Virus record (IMG/VR): IMGVR_UViG_3300046518_000226
Span: 30,123 to 94,122 of that record
Direction: 5' to 3' (one strand)
DNA length: 64,000 nt
Origin: a virus
The notes below the pieces were generated by a model that was not told the DNA's origin, searched no databases, and was given only the letters and a program-made list of their open reading frames with translations. Made by a program: the position numbers and the translations under genes. Of the stretch, positions 35,889 to 44,816 are shown one piece after another (the stretch's first letter is position 1; each line of letters opens with the position of its first letter).

Positions 35889-36325
35889 TTTCGGGCGCAG
35901 GTCGGGCGCAGAAATCCGTGGTCGGCAGTGATTTTAGGGGGTCAACAGTGCACGCGTCTCGCGGCTAAGCCGTTGATGCGATGATCATAATTGATCAATC
36001 GGGACTTTGCGAGAACTTTAGCGAAAAGACTACGAATCTGGGGGTCAGAGGTTCGAATCCTTTCGGGCGCGCCAGTTTTACTCCCTAAAATCCCTTACAA
36101 ACCAATGCGTTGCACAGCGCGACTCGCGCTGTCAATCGGGCGCGCTTCGGGCGCAGTAAGCGTTTCGGGCGCAGGTCGGGCGCAAGTCACAGCGGGACGT
36201 AGGGGGAATGGCCGGATCTCGGCAGACACTCCCGTGACGTTTCAGGCTGTTGCATTTTTGCACTGGGGCCGGTTCTGCGCCCGAAGTTGCGCCCGAAATT
36301 CGGCTTCGGGCGCAGGTCGGGCGCG
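35889..36325. repeat. Integrase arm-type repeats (TCGGGCGC pairs) around attP
   Basis: Pairs at 35889-910, 36136-54, 36163-84, 36276-98 (inverted), 36304-25. Confidence 0.8.
36027..36074 (+). other. attP core: 3' half of tRNA-Arg(ACG)
   Basis: AGA-CTACGAA-TCT anticodon arm, AGAGG-TTCGAAT-CCTTT T-arm, CGGGCGC-G-CCA; 5' half absent; next to int. Confidence 0.88.
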
Positions 36326-36329
36326 AGGT

Positions 36330-37115
36330 TCAGGCCTTCCGGCGGAGCCTTGGCGGGATGGCCTGCGGGATCGGTGGTTCAGCCATGCCAGCCATCGCCG
36401 CGTCGCAGTCCTTGGCGAACTTCTCCGCCAGATTGCGGATGTGGGTGATGCCCGCGTAGGTGCCGAGCACCCCGGTCTTCAGCACGTAGGCGATGGCCTC
36501 GCCGATCTCCCGGCTGTTGATGTAGCGGCTGGGCTCCAGGCCGACGAAGTCGGTGATCTCCTTCAGCTGCTCGATCGAGCGCCGGGCCTCACTGGTCAGA
36601 GCCTCGACCTCGCGCTTCACGGAGTCCCGATCCATGCTCCGCAGGCGGTCGACCTCAATCCGAACTGCCGCGTTGACCTCCTCCGCGTCGACCGCGCCGG
36701 CCCGGCGGACGAGGGCTGCCATGAAGTCCTTGGTCACCGGCTGGGCTTCCAGCTTCGGCGCCGCCACCACCTGGCGGATCGTCCCGCCCGGCTTCACCTC
36801 GTAGTGGCCCCACGTCGGCGGCAGCTCCCCGGGCTTGATCACGCCATCAGGGCAGATGATCCACCAGCGGTCGCAGTAGCGCTGGACGGGCGCCGACTTG
36901 GTCGGATCCTTCAGCTCGCGCAGCCAGTCCGATCGGCTGACCTTGATCTCGAACCCGTGCAGCTCCAGGCCGCGCGACGGGTAGAGGTTCATGGCAACCG
37001 CGTCAGCCCAGCGGGAGTGCCGGGCACCAGTGGCGTCGGCCACCTCGAAGAACAGCGACCACTCGGGTGCGACAAAACGCGCACGCAGAGCGGCCTTCAC
37101 GTCGGCTGTCTTCAT
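36330..37115 (-). CDS. PD-(D/E)XK nuclease-fold protein (MmcB-like)
   Basis: EV...ADAVAM...GFEIKVSRSDWLREL. Confidence 0.7.
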   Translation of the reverse strand: MKTADVKAALRARFVAPEWSLFFEVADATGARHSRWADAVAMNLYPSRGLELHGFEIKVSRSDWLRELKDPTKSAPVQRYCDRWWIICPDGVIKPGELPPTWGHYEVKPGGTIRQVVAAPKLEAQPVTKDFMAALVRRAGAVDAEEVNAAVRIEVDRLRSMDRDSVKREVEALTSEARRSIEQLKEITDFVGLEPSRYINSREIGEAIAYVLKTGVLGTYAGITHIRNLAEKFAKDCDAAMAGMAEPPIPQAIPPRLRRKA

Positions 37116-38227
37116 ACGACCACCGTGACGCGCTCGGCGGCTCGGGTGATGCCGGTGTAGAGGTGCTTGCGCGCATCCGCACGGAACACGGACGACTCAT
37201 CGAACAGCACCAGGTTGTCCCACTGGCTACCCTGGCTCTTGTGAACGGTCAGGGCGTAGCCGTAGGTGAATTGGTCGACGCGCTTCAGGAGGCCCCAGTC
37301 CAGCTCCTTCTCGGTGCCATTGAAGAACTCTTGCGGCACCGTCACGTCGACGTGCGCCAGATGCGGCTCATCGATCGACTTGACCACCATCTCCATCTTG
37401 CCGCTGGCGTAGATGACCTCGACCGTCTCCCAGAGGCCGCCGTTGAGCAGGCCCTTGTCCTTGTTGTTTTTCAGACACACCAGTCGCTCGCCTGGCACTG
37501 GGTGGACATCGGCATGCAGGCCTGATTTGCCCTGGATTGCGCGGTACCGCGCGTTGAAGGTCTGCCGCGTCTTGTTCATGCCGCACAGCAGCTGGTCGGC
37601 GCTGACCACCAGCTCGCGCATCTCATCCTTCTCGATGCCGTTGCGGCGGATCACGCGGCTGTCGCCATAGGTGCCAAGCTGCAGGCCGCGGCCTTCGCGC
37701 ACGTCCATGCTCATGCGGATGATCGGGTTGTCCGCGGCTTGGCGGTGCACCTCGGTCAGCATCACGTCGGGCGTGGCATTGATGAAGAAGCCCTCGCCCT
37801 TCACCGGCGGCAGCTGCGCTGGATCGCCAAGGACGAGCACCTTGGTGCCGTAGCTCAGCAGGTCGGTGCCCAGCTGGCCGTCGACCATCGACACCTCGTC
37901 AATGATCAGCAGGGCCGCCTCGGCTGCCGGGCTCTCAGGGTTCAGCTGGAACACGGTTCTGCCGTTGCCCAGGTCGATCGGCTTGTAGATCAGACCGTGG
38001 ATGGTGGACGCACCGTGGCATCCCTTCTTGCGCAGCACCAACGCGGCCTTGCCCGTGAAACAGGCGTAGTGAACCTTGCCGCGCACGTTCTTCGCCATCT
38101 CTTTGGCGAGCGTGGTCTTGCCGGTGCCTGCGAAGCCGAACAGACGGTAGACCTGTTGGCCGTTTGGATCACGCAGCCATGCTGCCACCGCCTTGAGGGC
38201 GGCTTCCTGCTGGGGGCTCCAGCTCAT
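37112..38227 (-). CDS. SF1 helicase (Dda/RecD-like)
   Basis: GFAGTGKTT, IIDEVSM, GDPAQLPPV, YALTVHKSQGS, YTGITRA. Confidence 0.92.
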   Translation of the reverse strand: MSWSPQQEAALKAVAAWLRDPNGQQVYRLFGFAGTGKTTLAKEMAKNVRGKVHYACFTGKAALVLRKKGCHGASTIHGLIYKPIDLGNGRTVFQLNPESPAAEAALLIIDEVSMVDGQLGTDLLSYGTKVLVLGDPAQLPPVKGEGFFINATPDVMLTEVHRQAADNPIIRMSMDVREGRGLQLGTYGDSRVIRRNGIEKDEMRELVVSADQLLCGMNKTRQTFNARYRAIQGKSGLHADVHPVPGERLVCLKNNKDKGLLNGGLWETVEVIYASGKMEMVVKSIDEPHLAHVDVTVPQEFFNGTEKELDWGLLKRVDQFTYGYALTVHKSQGSQWDNLVLFDESSVFRADARKHLYTGITRAAERVTVVV

Positions 38228-38302
38228 ACAATTCCCTAGCGGCGACGCGCGCCGCTGTGGTTGATGGGTGGTGTTGGGGCGTCGCCTCAGAGAGGCTTGG
38301 CG

Positions 38303-38824
38303 TCACGACGCCGGGCTGGCTTCCAACGGCAGCAGCGGTGTCGTGTACGGCAGGAACAGCGGGTGCTTCGGGTCGCCGCCATCGGTGGTGCCGAAGTGCA
38401 GCACCGGCTTGCCGCTGCGATGCAACCAGGCCAGCAGCTGGTCGAGGTGTTCCCGTAGGTGCTTCGGCACCTTGTCGCGACCGCCCCAGCAAGGCACCAG
38501 CACGTCGGCCTCGGCGATGATCTGGTTCAGGTGCGTGAAGTGCTGCGGGCCTTGCGGGAACGGCACCTTGCCGATCACCTTCACGTCAGTGGCTCGGTAG
38601 CTGAACACATTGCCGACGATGAAGCGGTTACCGCCGTTGCGCTGCGTGAAGCCGATCCACTTGCGCACGGTCGGGTCATCGAGCATGGCGTCCGCGGTCG
38701 ACGGGTTGATCCCGAAGTAGGCGAACACCTTGCTGTCTTCGTCGAACTCGGCTGGGATCAGCCCTTCGCAGTCGCGATCGAGTCGGTAGCGGTACAGGCC
38801 GCACTCGCTGATCACGGCGCTCAT
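38303..38824 (-). CDS. DUF1643-family protein
   Basis: YRYRL, NPSTADA..DDPT, GNVFSYRAT, WG, PKHPL. Confidence 0.85.
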   Translation of the reverse strand: MSAVISECGLYRYRLDRDCEGLIPAEFDEDSKVFAYFGINPSTADAMLDDPTVRKWIGFTQRNGGNRFIVGNVFSYRATDVKVIGKVPFPQGPQHFTHLNQIIAEADVLVPCWGGRDKVPKHLREHLDQLLAWLHRSGKPVLHFGTTDGGDPKHPLFLPYTTPLLPLEASPAS

Positions 38825-40218
38825 GGCTTCGCCGCCATCGCTGGATCCTTCAGAGTGTAGGCCACAATGCGCGAGCGACCCATCGCCGGCTCGGTGCGCC
38901 AGTCCCAATTGCGGGCGATGCCCGGCCGAACCTCGCTCACACCCTCCAGGCGCACCCAGACCATGGCGTCAAGGTCATCGACCGGGCACAGTTCGCCAGT
39001 CCACTCGACCCAGTCCCTGTCAGCCGGCTTGAGGCGGTAGGCTACGACCTCGGTGTGACGGAAGCTGTCCGACTTCGGAGCCCAGTTCACACCGCTGACG
39101 GTGGAGGTTTCTCTGCCATCCTTGAAGCGCACAGCAGCCACGTTCTTTGGGATTCTGCCGCATGCGTCTGCATCCCACTTGATCCAGTCGTCGGCCACCG
39201 CTGAGTAATGCTCGCCGTCGTTCCCGTTTTGCCCGACCACGTCCATGCGGGCTTCTTCGGCCTCGGTGTACAGCTCGGCTGGCTTGGCTGCCTCAGCCCG
39301 ATCCAGACGCTCGATCTCAGCCAGGATCAGAGCGCCGGCCTTCACCAGGTTGCGGCGGTGATCCGCGGTCTTCCAGTGCTCCAAGTCCCAAGGAAAAAGG
39401 TCTGTCGCAGCGAGATTGAGCGATTCGCCGTAGCGATTGGTGGTGCTCTCGATGGCATAGGCGCCGGCGGCCTGCGCCAACTCGCCAGACGTGTAGCAGT
39501 CGTCCCGCTCTGGCTTGTGGCCCTCGACCGAAGCCTGGCGCCGGCGCTCGCTGATCACGTCGAGCCACGCCTGCGGCTCGGTGGATGTCGCCATGATCTG
39601 ATTGCAGGCGGCGACGCCGATTTCCTTGGCGGATTCGAGCAGGCCCTGCAGACGCTCGACCTCGGCATCTGCCGCACGCTCGCCCTGCTCAGCGCCGCGG
39701 AGGCGGCCGATCAGCTCCGGCAGGGCGTTGACCGCCTCGACCGCAAGCCAGGCGTCGCGCTTGAATGAGAAGGAGGCCCAGGAATCCTCTTTGACTGGAA
39801 GCGCGAGGACGTTGATCGGCTCGATTCGTGTGCAGATACCACCCATGCTCTGGCGCGTCTCAGACCACGCTCCAGGCTTGTGTTCAGCGTCGCGGATGCG
39901 TGCTTCGAGGCGAACCAAAACGTCTGGGTCGGTGATGCCTTCGTAGATGTTGGACGTGGGCTCTGTTTTCCCACCCTCTAGCTCCAGCGTATATTCGCGG
40001 AGCTTCTTTTCCAGCTCTGGATCGTGTGCGCCTTGAATGGTGATAATTTCCCGCTCACTGAAATCGGTGTTCAGTAGCGTGGCGGTAACATTGCCCATAG
40101 CGGTGGCCCCATCGGAGGCCTGATCGCTGATCCAGTTGCTGGCAATGTCGCGAATTTTGTGAAGCGATTGTTTGATCGAAAGCACCTTCCTTCCCCCTCG
40201 CCGCTCTATACGGCTCAT
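38821..40218 (-). CDS. Mosaic multi-domain phage protein
   Basis: Ead/Ea22-like segment, DV..ERRRQ..EG..RRNLVKAGALILAEIERLDR domain, two W..W..IVAY repeats. Confidence 0.7.
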   Translation of the reverse strand: MSRIERRGGRKVLSIKQSLHKIRDIASNWISDQASDGATAMGNVTATLLNTDFSEREIITIQGAHDPELEKKLREYTLELEGGKTEPTSNIYEGITDPDVLVRLEARIRDAEHKPGAWSETRQSMGGICTRIEPINVLALPVKEDSWASFSFKRDAWLAVEAVNALPELIGRLRGAEQGERAADAEVERLQGLLESAKEIGVAACNQIMATSTEPQAWLDVISERRRQASVEGHKPERDDCYTSGELAQAAGAYAIESTTNRYGESLNLAATDLFPWDLEHWKTADHRRNLVKAGALILAEIERLDRAEAAKPAELYTEAEEARMDVVGQNGNDGEHYSAVADDWIKWDADACGRIPKNVAAVRFKDGRETSTVSGVNWAPKSDSFRHTEVVAYRLKPADRDWVEWTGELCPVDDLDAMVWVRLEGVSEVRPGIARNWDWRTEPAMGRSRIVAYTLKDPAMAAKP

Positions 40219-40255
40219 GCAATTGAAGGCGGGGCACGTGGCCCCGCCAGTCAGA

Positions 40256-40528
40256 TCAGTTGATCGCGTCTTTCAGAACCTTGCCGGCGAAGAACTTCGG
40301 CACGACTTTGGCTTCGATCTCGATCGGTTCACCGGTGGCAGGATTGCGGCCGGTGCGGGCCTTCTTCTGGACTGCTTTGAGCTTGCCCAGGCCAGGTAGT
40401 GGTACTTCGGCACCCTTGCGCAGAAGGGCGAAAGTTTCGGTTGCCAGTGCATCGAGAACACGGCCCACGGTGGCCTGCGATTCATTGGTGCGGATGGCGA
40501 TATCGGCGATCAGTGCATGTTTGCTCAT
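40256..40528 (-). CDS. HU-like DNA-binding protein
   Basis: LPGLGKL, ARTGRNPATGE, PKF.AGK.LKDAIN. Confidence 0.92.
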   Translation of the reverse strand: MSKHALIADIAIRTNESQATVGRVLDALATETFALLRKGAEVPLPGLGKLKAVQKKARTGRNPATGEPIEIEAKVVPKFFAGKVLKDAIN

Positions 40529-40561
40529 AAGTCTCCCAGTTAGCGGCTTTGCCGCGATCAG

Positions 40562-40780
40562 TTACGCTGCTTGATATTCGCTGGTGCCACCAACGGTGCG
40601 CGAGTTTTCCCAGCTGACTACATCTTCGATTTTGTACATAATCCGGCCGCCAATCTTGACGTACCTCGGGCCATTCGACTGTGACCTCCAGTTCGCCATG
40701 GTGCGAACGCTGATGCGGCCTTCCCAGCGTTCAACGAGTTCCTTCGGGGTGAAAAATCGCTTCCCTGCGACTTGGGTCAA
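40562..40780 (-). CDS. Excisionase-like HTH protein
   Basis: TPKEL..RW...TMANWR..GPRYVKIGGRIMY. Confidence 0.8.
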   Translation of the reverse strand: MTQVAGKRFFTPKELVERWEGRISVRTMANWRSQSNGPRYVKIGGRIMYKIEDVVSWENSRTVGGTSEYQAA

Positions 40781-41910
40781 AACACGTCATCCTCTTGCGG
40801 AGCCAGGTCGCCGTTAGGAGCCGGATCTGGCGTTGGGTCAGGAGTAGCATCGGGGGTTGGCTCAGGCTCAACGGCCTTCGCCTGCTCTACGGTGTCCGCA
40901 GCATTAGAAGCTTCAGACCCGGACTTTTCTTGCTCAACCTTAGCCGTGTCTACAGCGGTGGCGGCTCCCGCATCTTTCACCGAATTGCTCTCCTTTTGCA
41001 CAGGAGTGCTCTTGGGTTCATTCTTTGCCGCGGTCGGGCCATTGCGTTTGGCGGTGGCTTCCTTCGCCGTGGCGGTCACGGTGGCGGCAGCTGCGGTGGC
41101 GGCTTGGTCACCGTCCTTCTCATCACCGAAGTGGTCTGCGATCTTGTCGCCGCCCTTGATGGCGTTGAAGACCGCGGTCAGGTCAACAATATCGTCGCCA
41201 TTGATCTCGCTCAGCGGCTTGCCCATGTGCTTCTTCAGCAGCTCGGCGGTAACGCCCAGCCGGGCGAAGGCATCCGTCATTTTATCGATGCGCTGCTTGA
41301 GCGACACACCGTTGCCGCCGGACAATGTTGCACGGCAGCGAGCCGACGCGGCCTCAACGAACGACTTTGGCACCAGGGCAAGGATGGCGCCGCGCATCTG
41401 CTTGGAAGCGACGTTGGCGATCTTGTCGTCGATATCCTTGCTGTCGCGCAGCTTCTGCGGGCCGTTTTTGGTATCGCGGTAGTGGTCGACGGTGATCTGG
41501 CGGATGCGGCGGTTGTTCTTCTGCTTGTCCCACGCATAGACCTCCACCTCGGACTTGCCGTCGCCGCGGGACAGCTCACGGTGACCCCACTCCATGTGGC
41601 CGTAGGCACTGGCGCACGCCTCGGCGAGACGAATGCTCGGGCCGGTGATGGTGCTGCCGCCGCGGGGCACGGCGTAGAACGCGACGCTGGCGAACTCGAA
41701 AACATCGCACTCGTCCATCAGCTCGGCACGGGCAGCTGCAACGTCCCGAGGGAACATCTGGGCGACCTGGATCTGGCCGCGCGCTTCAGCAATGGCACGT
41801 TCCGACTCGATCGACACGGCGCCAGCGTTGACACTGGCAGGCAGCCCCGGGCGTCCCGCAGCCAGTTGCTGACCCTGCTGGGCTGTTTGAGCTACAAGTT
41901 CTTGTGACAT
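40777..41910 (-). CDS. Putative ssDNA-annealing/recombination protein
   Basis: FPRD, GPSIRLAE motif; acidic tail; beside RecE-like nuclease. Confidence 0.55.
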   Translation of the reverse strand: MSQELVAQTAQQGQQLAAGRPGLPASVNAGAVSIESERAIAEARGQIQVAQMFPRDVAAARAELMDECDVFEFASVAFYAVPRGGSTITGPSIRLAEACASAYGHMEWGHRELSRGDGKSEVEVYAWDKQKNNRRIRQITVDHYRDTKNGPQKLRDSKDIDDKIANVASKQMRGAILALVPKSFVEAASARCRATLSGGNGVSLKQRIDKMTDAFARLGVTAELLKKHMGKPLSEINGDDIVDLTAVFNAIKGGDKIADHFGDEKDGDQAATAAAATVTATAKEATAKRNGPTAAKNEPKSTPVQKESNSVKDAGAATAVDTAKVEQEKSGSEASNAADTVEQAKAVEPEPTPDATPDPTPDPAPNGDLAPQEDDVF

Positions 41911-41949
41911 GTTTTCACCTTCAAGTATTGGGTCGTTGATTGTAAATGA

Positions 41950-43302
41950 TTATTCAGGCTGTGCGGTAGTCTGCACGTTGAATTCTTCACCATTCACGGT
42001 GGTGACGAACAATTGCAGGCCGGAGGCGAGCACCTGATCGCGGAATGCTTCGAACGCCTCAGGGTCAAGGCATTCCAGTCGATCCACGCAGCAGATGCCC
42101 AGCTCACCGGCACGCAGCTTGGCGATCTCAACCGCGATCTCGACCTGCTGGGCGGTGTTGAGGCGGTCGAACACCACGCCATTGCGGAAGATCTCGCCGT
42201 CGCGAACCTCGACGCCCGGGATCGGCAGCGATTGCAGCAGTTCGAGCTTGTAGGCGTCGATATCTTCGAGGGCCTTGGTCTGGGCCGCAGCATCGGCTGT
42301 CAGGTCTTCCAGCTCCTGCTCCATCTGCTTGACCGTCTCCAGCGCCTGCTCGCGCTTGGCATGGGCGCTGCGGTTGGTGCGGATCGACTCCAGCGCCTGG
42401 TTCAGGGGGGTGACAGTCTCGGTGTGCTTCTGGATGGTCTTCTCGCGCTGAATGCCGGCCTTGCGCTCAGTCTCGGCAAAGGCGGCGTTCAAGGCCTCGA
42501 CTTCGGCGAGAGCGGCAGCCTTCAGGGCGTCGATGTCTTCCTGCAGCTTGGCCCGGCGCGCATCGATCGTCTTCTGGTTCTCAGTGCGAATGCCGTCGAG
42601 CTTGTCACGGACGCGGTTCAGCTCGGCATCTTTGGCGGTAGTGGCCGCTTCGACCTGAGCGCGCAGCTCGTCTTCGCTGCCTTCAACGCCGCCAGGCACC
42701 TCCGGCATCGCCAGACGCAGCTGGTTGATGGTTGCGTCCTTCTCCTTGACCGCGCGGTTCGTGCCGGTGCGGTCGTCGTAGACTTGCTTGCGAATGGTAT
42801 CGATCACGGCGAGGCCGTGGGTGCTGTCGTCGATCACCACCGGGATCTTGCTGAGGTCTTCGAGGCGAGCCGCGTCGACCTTGATCGGCATGGCTTCGAG
42901 CAGCACCTTGACGCGATCCTTCTTCGGCGCTGTCAGGAACTCCACCGGGTTGACGCTCAGGCCGTCGATCAGCGTGCGGAACACCTCGGCTGGCTTGGTG
43001 ACCTTCTTGCCGTCCGCATCGGTTACGTCGGTCTTGCTGTTGGTCGCGGTGACGCGCTTCTTGATCTCGGCGCCGTCGTCCAGCACCAGCACGATCTCGC
43101 CCTTGTCAGAGCCCTTGCGCAGCAGGGTGGCGTCATGGCCAGTGCCGGTCGCTGCCTTGATGGCTTCCAGCACGCTGGTTTTGCCGGTGCCGTTCTTGCC
43201 GCGGATCTCGTTGAAGCCATCGGGGCTGAATTCCAGCTCGTCGATGCCGAGGATGTTGCTGATCTTGAGGTGACTGATGTGCAAACGGTTGTCGTTAGTC
43301 AT
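41950..43302 (-). CDS. SMC/SbcC-like coiled-coil ATPase
   Basis: GKNGTGKTS Walker A, coiled coil, CCVDRLE..D Walker B. Confidence 0.85.
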   Translation of the reverse strand: MTNDNRLHISHLKISNILGIDELEFSPDGFNEIRGKNGTGKTSVLEAIKAATGTGHDATLLRKGSDKGEIVLVLDDGAEIKKRVTATNSKTDVTDADGKKVTKPAEVFRTLIDGLSVNPVEFLTAPKKDRVKVLLEAMPIKVDAARLEDLSKIPVVIDDSTHGLAVIDTIRKQVYDDRTGTNRAVKEKDATINQLRLAMPEVPGGVEGSEDELRAQVEAATTAKDAELNRVRDKLDGIRTENQKTIDARRAKLQEDIDALKAAALAEVEALNAAFAETERKAGIQREKTIQKHTETVTPLNQALESIRTNRSAHAKREQALETVKQMEQELEDLTADAAAQTKALEDIDAYKLELLQSLPIPGVEVRDGEIFRNGVVFDRLNTAQQVEIAVEIAKLRAGELGICCVDRLECLDPEAFEAFRDQVLASGLQLFVTTVNGEEFNVQTTAQPE

Positions 43303-43326
43303 GCCTTTTCTTCCTGGTAAATGAGT

Positions 43327-44331
43327 TTATTGGGCTTCTTGCATGTCGCGGAAAGCGTAGTGCGGGATTTTCGCGTAAATGGTTTTGCCGCCGTCGACGC
43401 CGGGCCAGTGGTTCTTCGCCATGGCGTTGCTCAGCCGGGCGAGGTCGCGCTGGTAGATCAGGCGGCCGAGCTGAATGTCGTCTTCCTTGAGGATGTGCAC
43501 GGCGACGTCGTGCGGCCGGTTCTTCTGAACTGCGATGAAGCAGAACACCTCCGGAGCATCGTCGCCATAAAGGTAGCGGAGGATGTCCAAGTACCATGCA
43601 GCCTGAACGTGATATCGACGCTTGTGGATGGTGATTCCGAACCCGACCTCGCTCACATCTTCGGTCGTTTTCAGGTCGGGAATGACCAGCCCGTTGGCGC
43701 TGATGGCGTCAGTACGGCATTTGCGTAGGTGCGTGGTCTGGACGACCTTGCCGGTCTCATGGTCGATGTATTCGAACGGCATCTCGGCGTAGAAGGATTG
43801 CTCCGTGTACGCGCCTTCCAGCAGCCCGCTGGCTGTGTGATGGCCTTTCACGGCCTTGAGCATGCCGAGCATGTTCTTATAGTCCCGGGCGGGGATCGCG
43901 ATCTTGCCCGCCATGCTGGCTTCGTGATCCTGCTTCAGCAGCATCATGATCTGGTTGCGTGGGTAGTTGGCCTCCTCAATCAATCGGCGCGCCAACTCGA
44001 CCTTAGTGCCGTTGGTCATCAGCATCTGCTCTGAGAGCACACGCTTCATATCGTCAGCGGTGTCGAGCGCGTTCGGAAACGCCGATCGGTCGAAGTCGAC
44101 AGCATAGGTGTGCTCGAACGTGCCGGGCTCCAAGATGATCTTGTGCGTGCCATCGCCAACTGCAAAGCAGTGCTTTTCTTCGCGCGGCTCACGATCTGGA
44201 TTTACATACTGATCCCAGTATTCAAGCGCGCTGATAGAAACCGCGTCCAGCTTGCTTTTACTGATGCCAGGCCCTGCGTGGTACTCGTCGTTGGTCTGTT
44301 CGACCAGCCCGAGCAAAGGGGCTTCGCTCAC
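43327..44331 (-). CDS. RecE/Exonuclease VIII-like (DUF3799) nuclease
   Basis: YHAGPGISKSKLD, KCRTD, DLKTT, YHVQAAWY; GTG start with GAGG. Confidence 0.88.
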   Translation of the reverse strand: MSEAPLLGLVEQTNDEYHAGPGISKSKLDAVSISALEYWDQYVNPDREPREEKHCFAVGDGTHKIILEPGTFEHTYAVDFDRSAFPNALDTADDMKRVLSEQMLMTNGTKVELARRLIEEANYPRNQIMMLLKQDHEASMAGKIAIPARDYKNMLGMLKAVKGHHTASGLLEGAYTEQSFYAEMPFEYIDHETGKVVQTTHLRKCRTDAISANGLVIPDLKTTEDVSEVGFGITIHKRRYHVQAAWYLDILRYLYGDDAPEVFCFIAVQKNRPHDVAVHILKEDDIQLGRLIYQRDLARLSNAMAKNHWPGVDGGKTIYAKIPHYAFRDMQEAQ

Positions 44332-44367
44332 TTTTCGTGCCTCGGTGGTGGGTGATGGGCTAAGAAT

Positions 44368-44385
44368 ACGCTCATATTTGAGCAA
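44368..44385. promoter_or_regulatory. Operator-like palindrome
   Basis: ACGCTCATATTTGAGCAA in divergent control region. Confidence 0.6.
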
Positions 44386-44511
44386 CGCGCAAGCAAATGC
44401 ACCCGAAGTTCACGCGATATAACCAATTGACGCGATATATACTCGGAATCCCTTCCACGCCGATGATCAAATAAGATAAACTCACTCGACAATTACTTGA
44501 GTGAGGCACCT

Positions 44512-44766
44512 ATGAGCGACATCGAAACGACCGGGCAGGCGGATGGCAGCCCGAAGAATTTCCAGCAGCTTTTCTATGCGCATCTGAACGATCTGGAGCA
44601 CCGCGCTCACGCGGTTGGCCTAACCCTCACGGATCTGTGCCGCGAGTCGAAAGTGGCTCGTGCAACACCGGATCGCTGGCGGAAGAATTTGCCTAAGACG
44701 ATCCAGAACGTGTGCGACCTGGAAGCCGTCGTTCTGAAGGCTGAGCGAGCGAAGCAGGCGCAATAA
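44512..44766 (+). CDS. Cro-like HTH regulator
   Basis: GLTLTDLCRESKVARATPDRW; first gene of divergent operon. Confidence 0.7.
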   Translation: MSDIETTGQADGSPKNFQQLFYAHLNDLEHRAHAVGLTLTDLCRESKVARATPDRWRKNLPKTIQNVCDLEAVVLKAERAKQAQ

Positions 44767-44816
44767 CCCTTCCTTATAGGGTTTCGACAAAACCATTACT
44801 TCCGGACTTATGCCCG

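Noticed and set aside
36000-36074. Intact tRNA gene
   Set aside because: No D-arm or 5' acceptor strand; it is an attP fragment
35889-36325. CRISPR array or mini-array
   Set aside because: Repeats are short, irregularly spaced, partly inverted and flank attP; no cas genes
35991-37160. 389-aa plus-strand ORF
   Set aside because: Runs through attP repeats and antisense to a real gene
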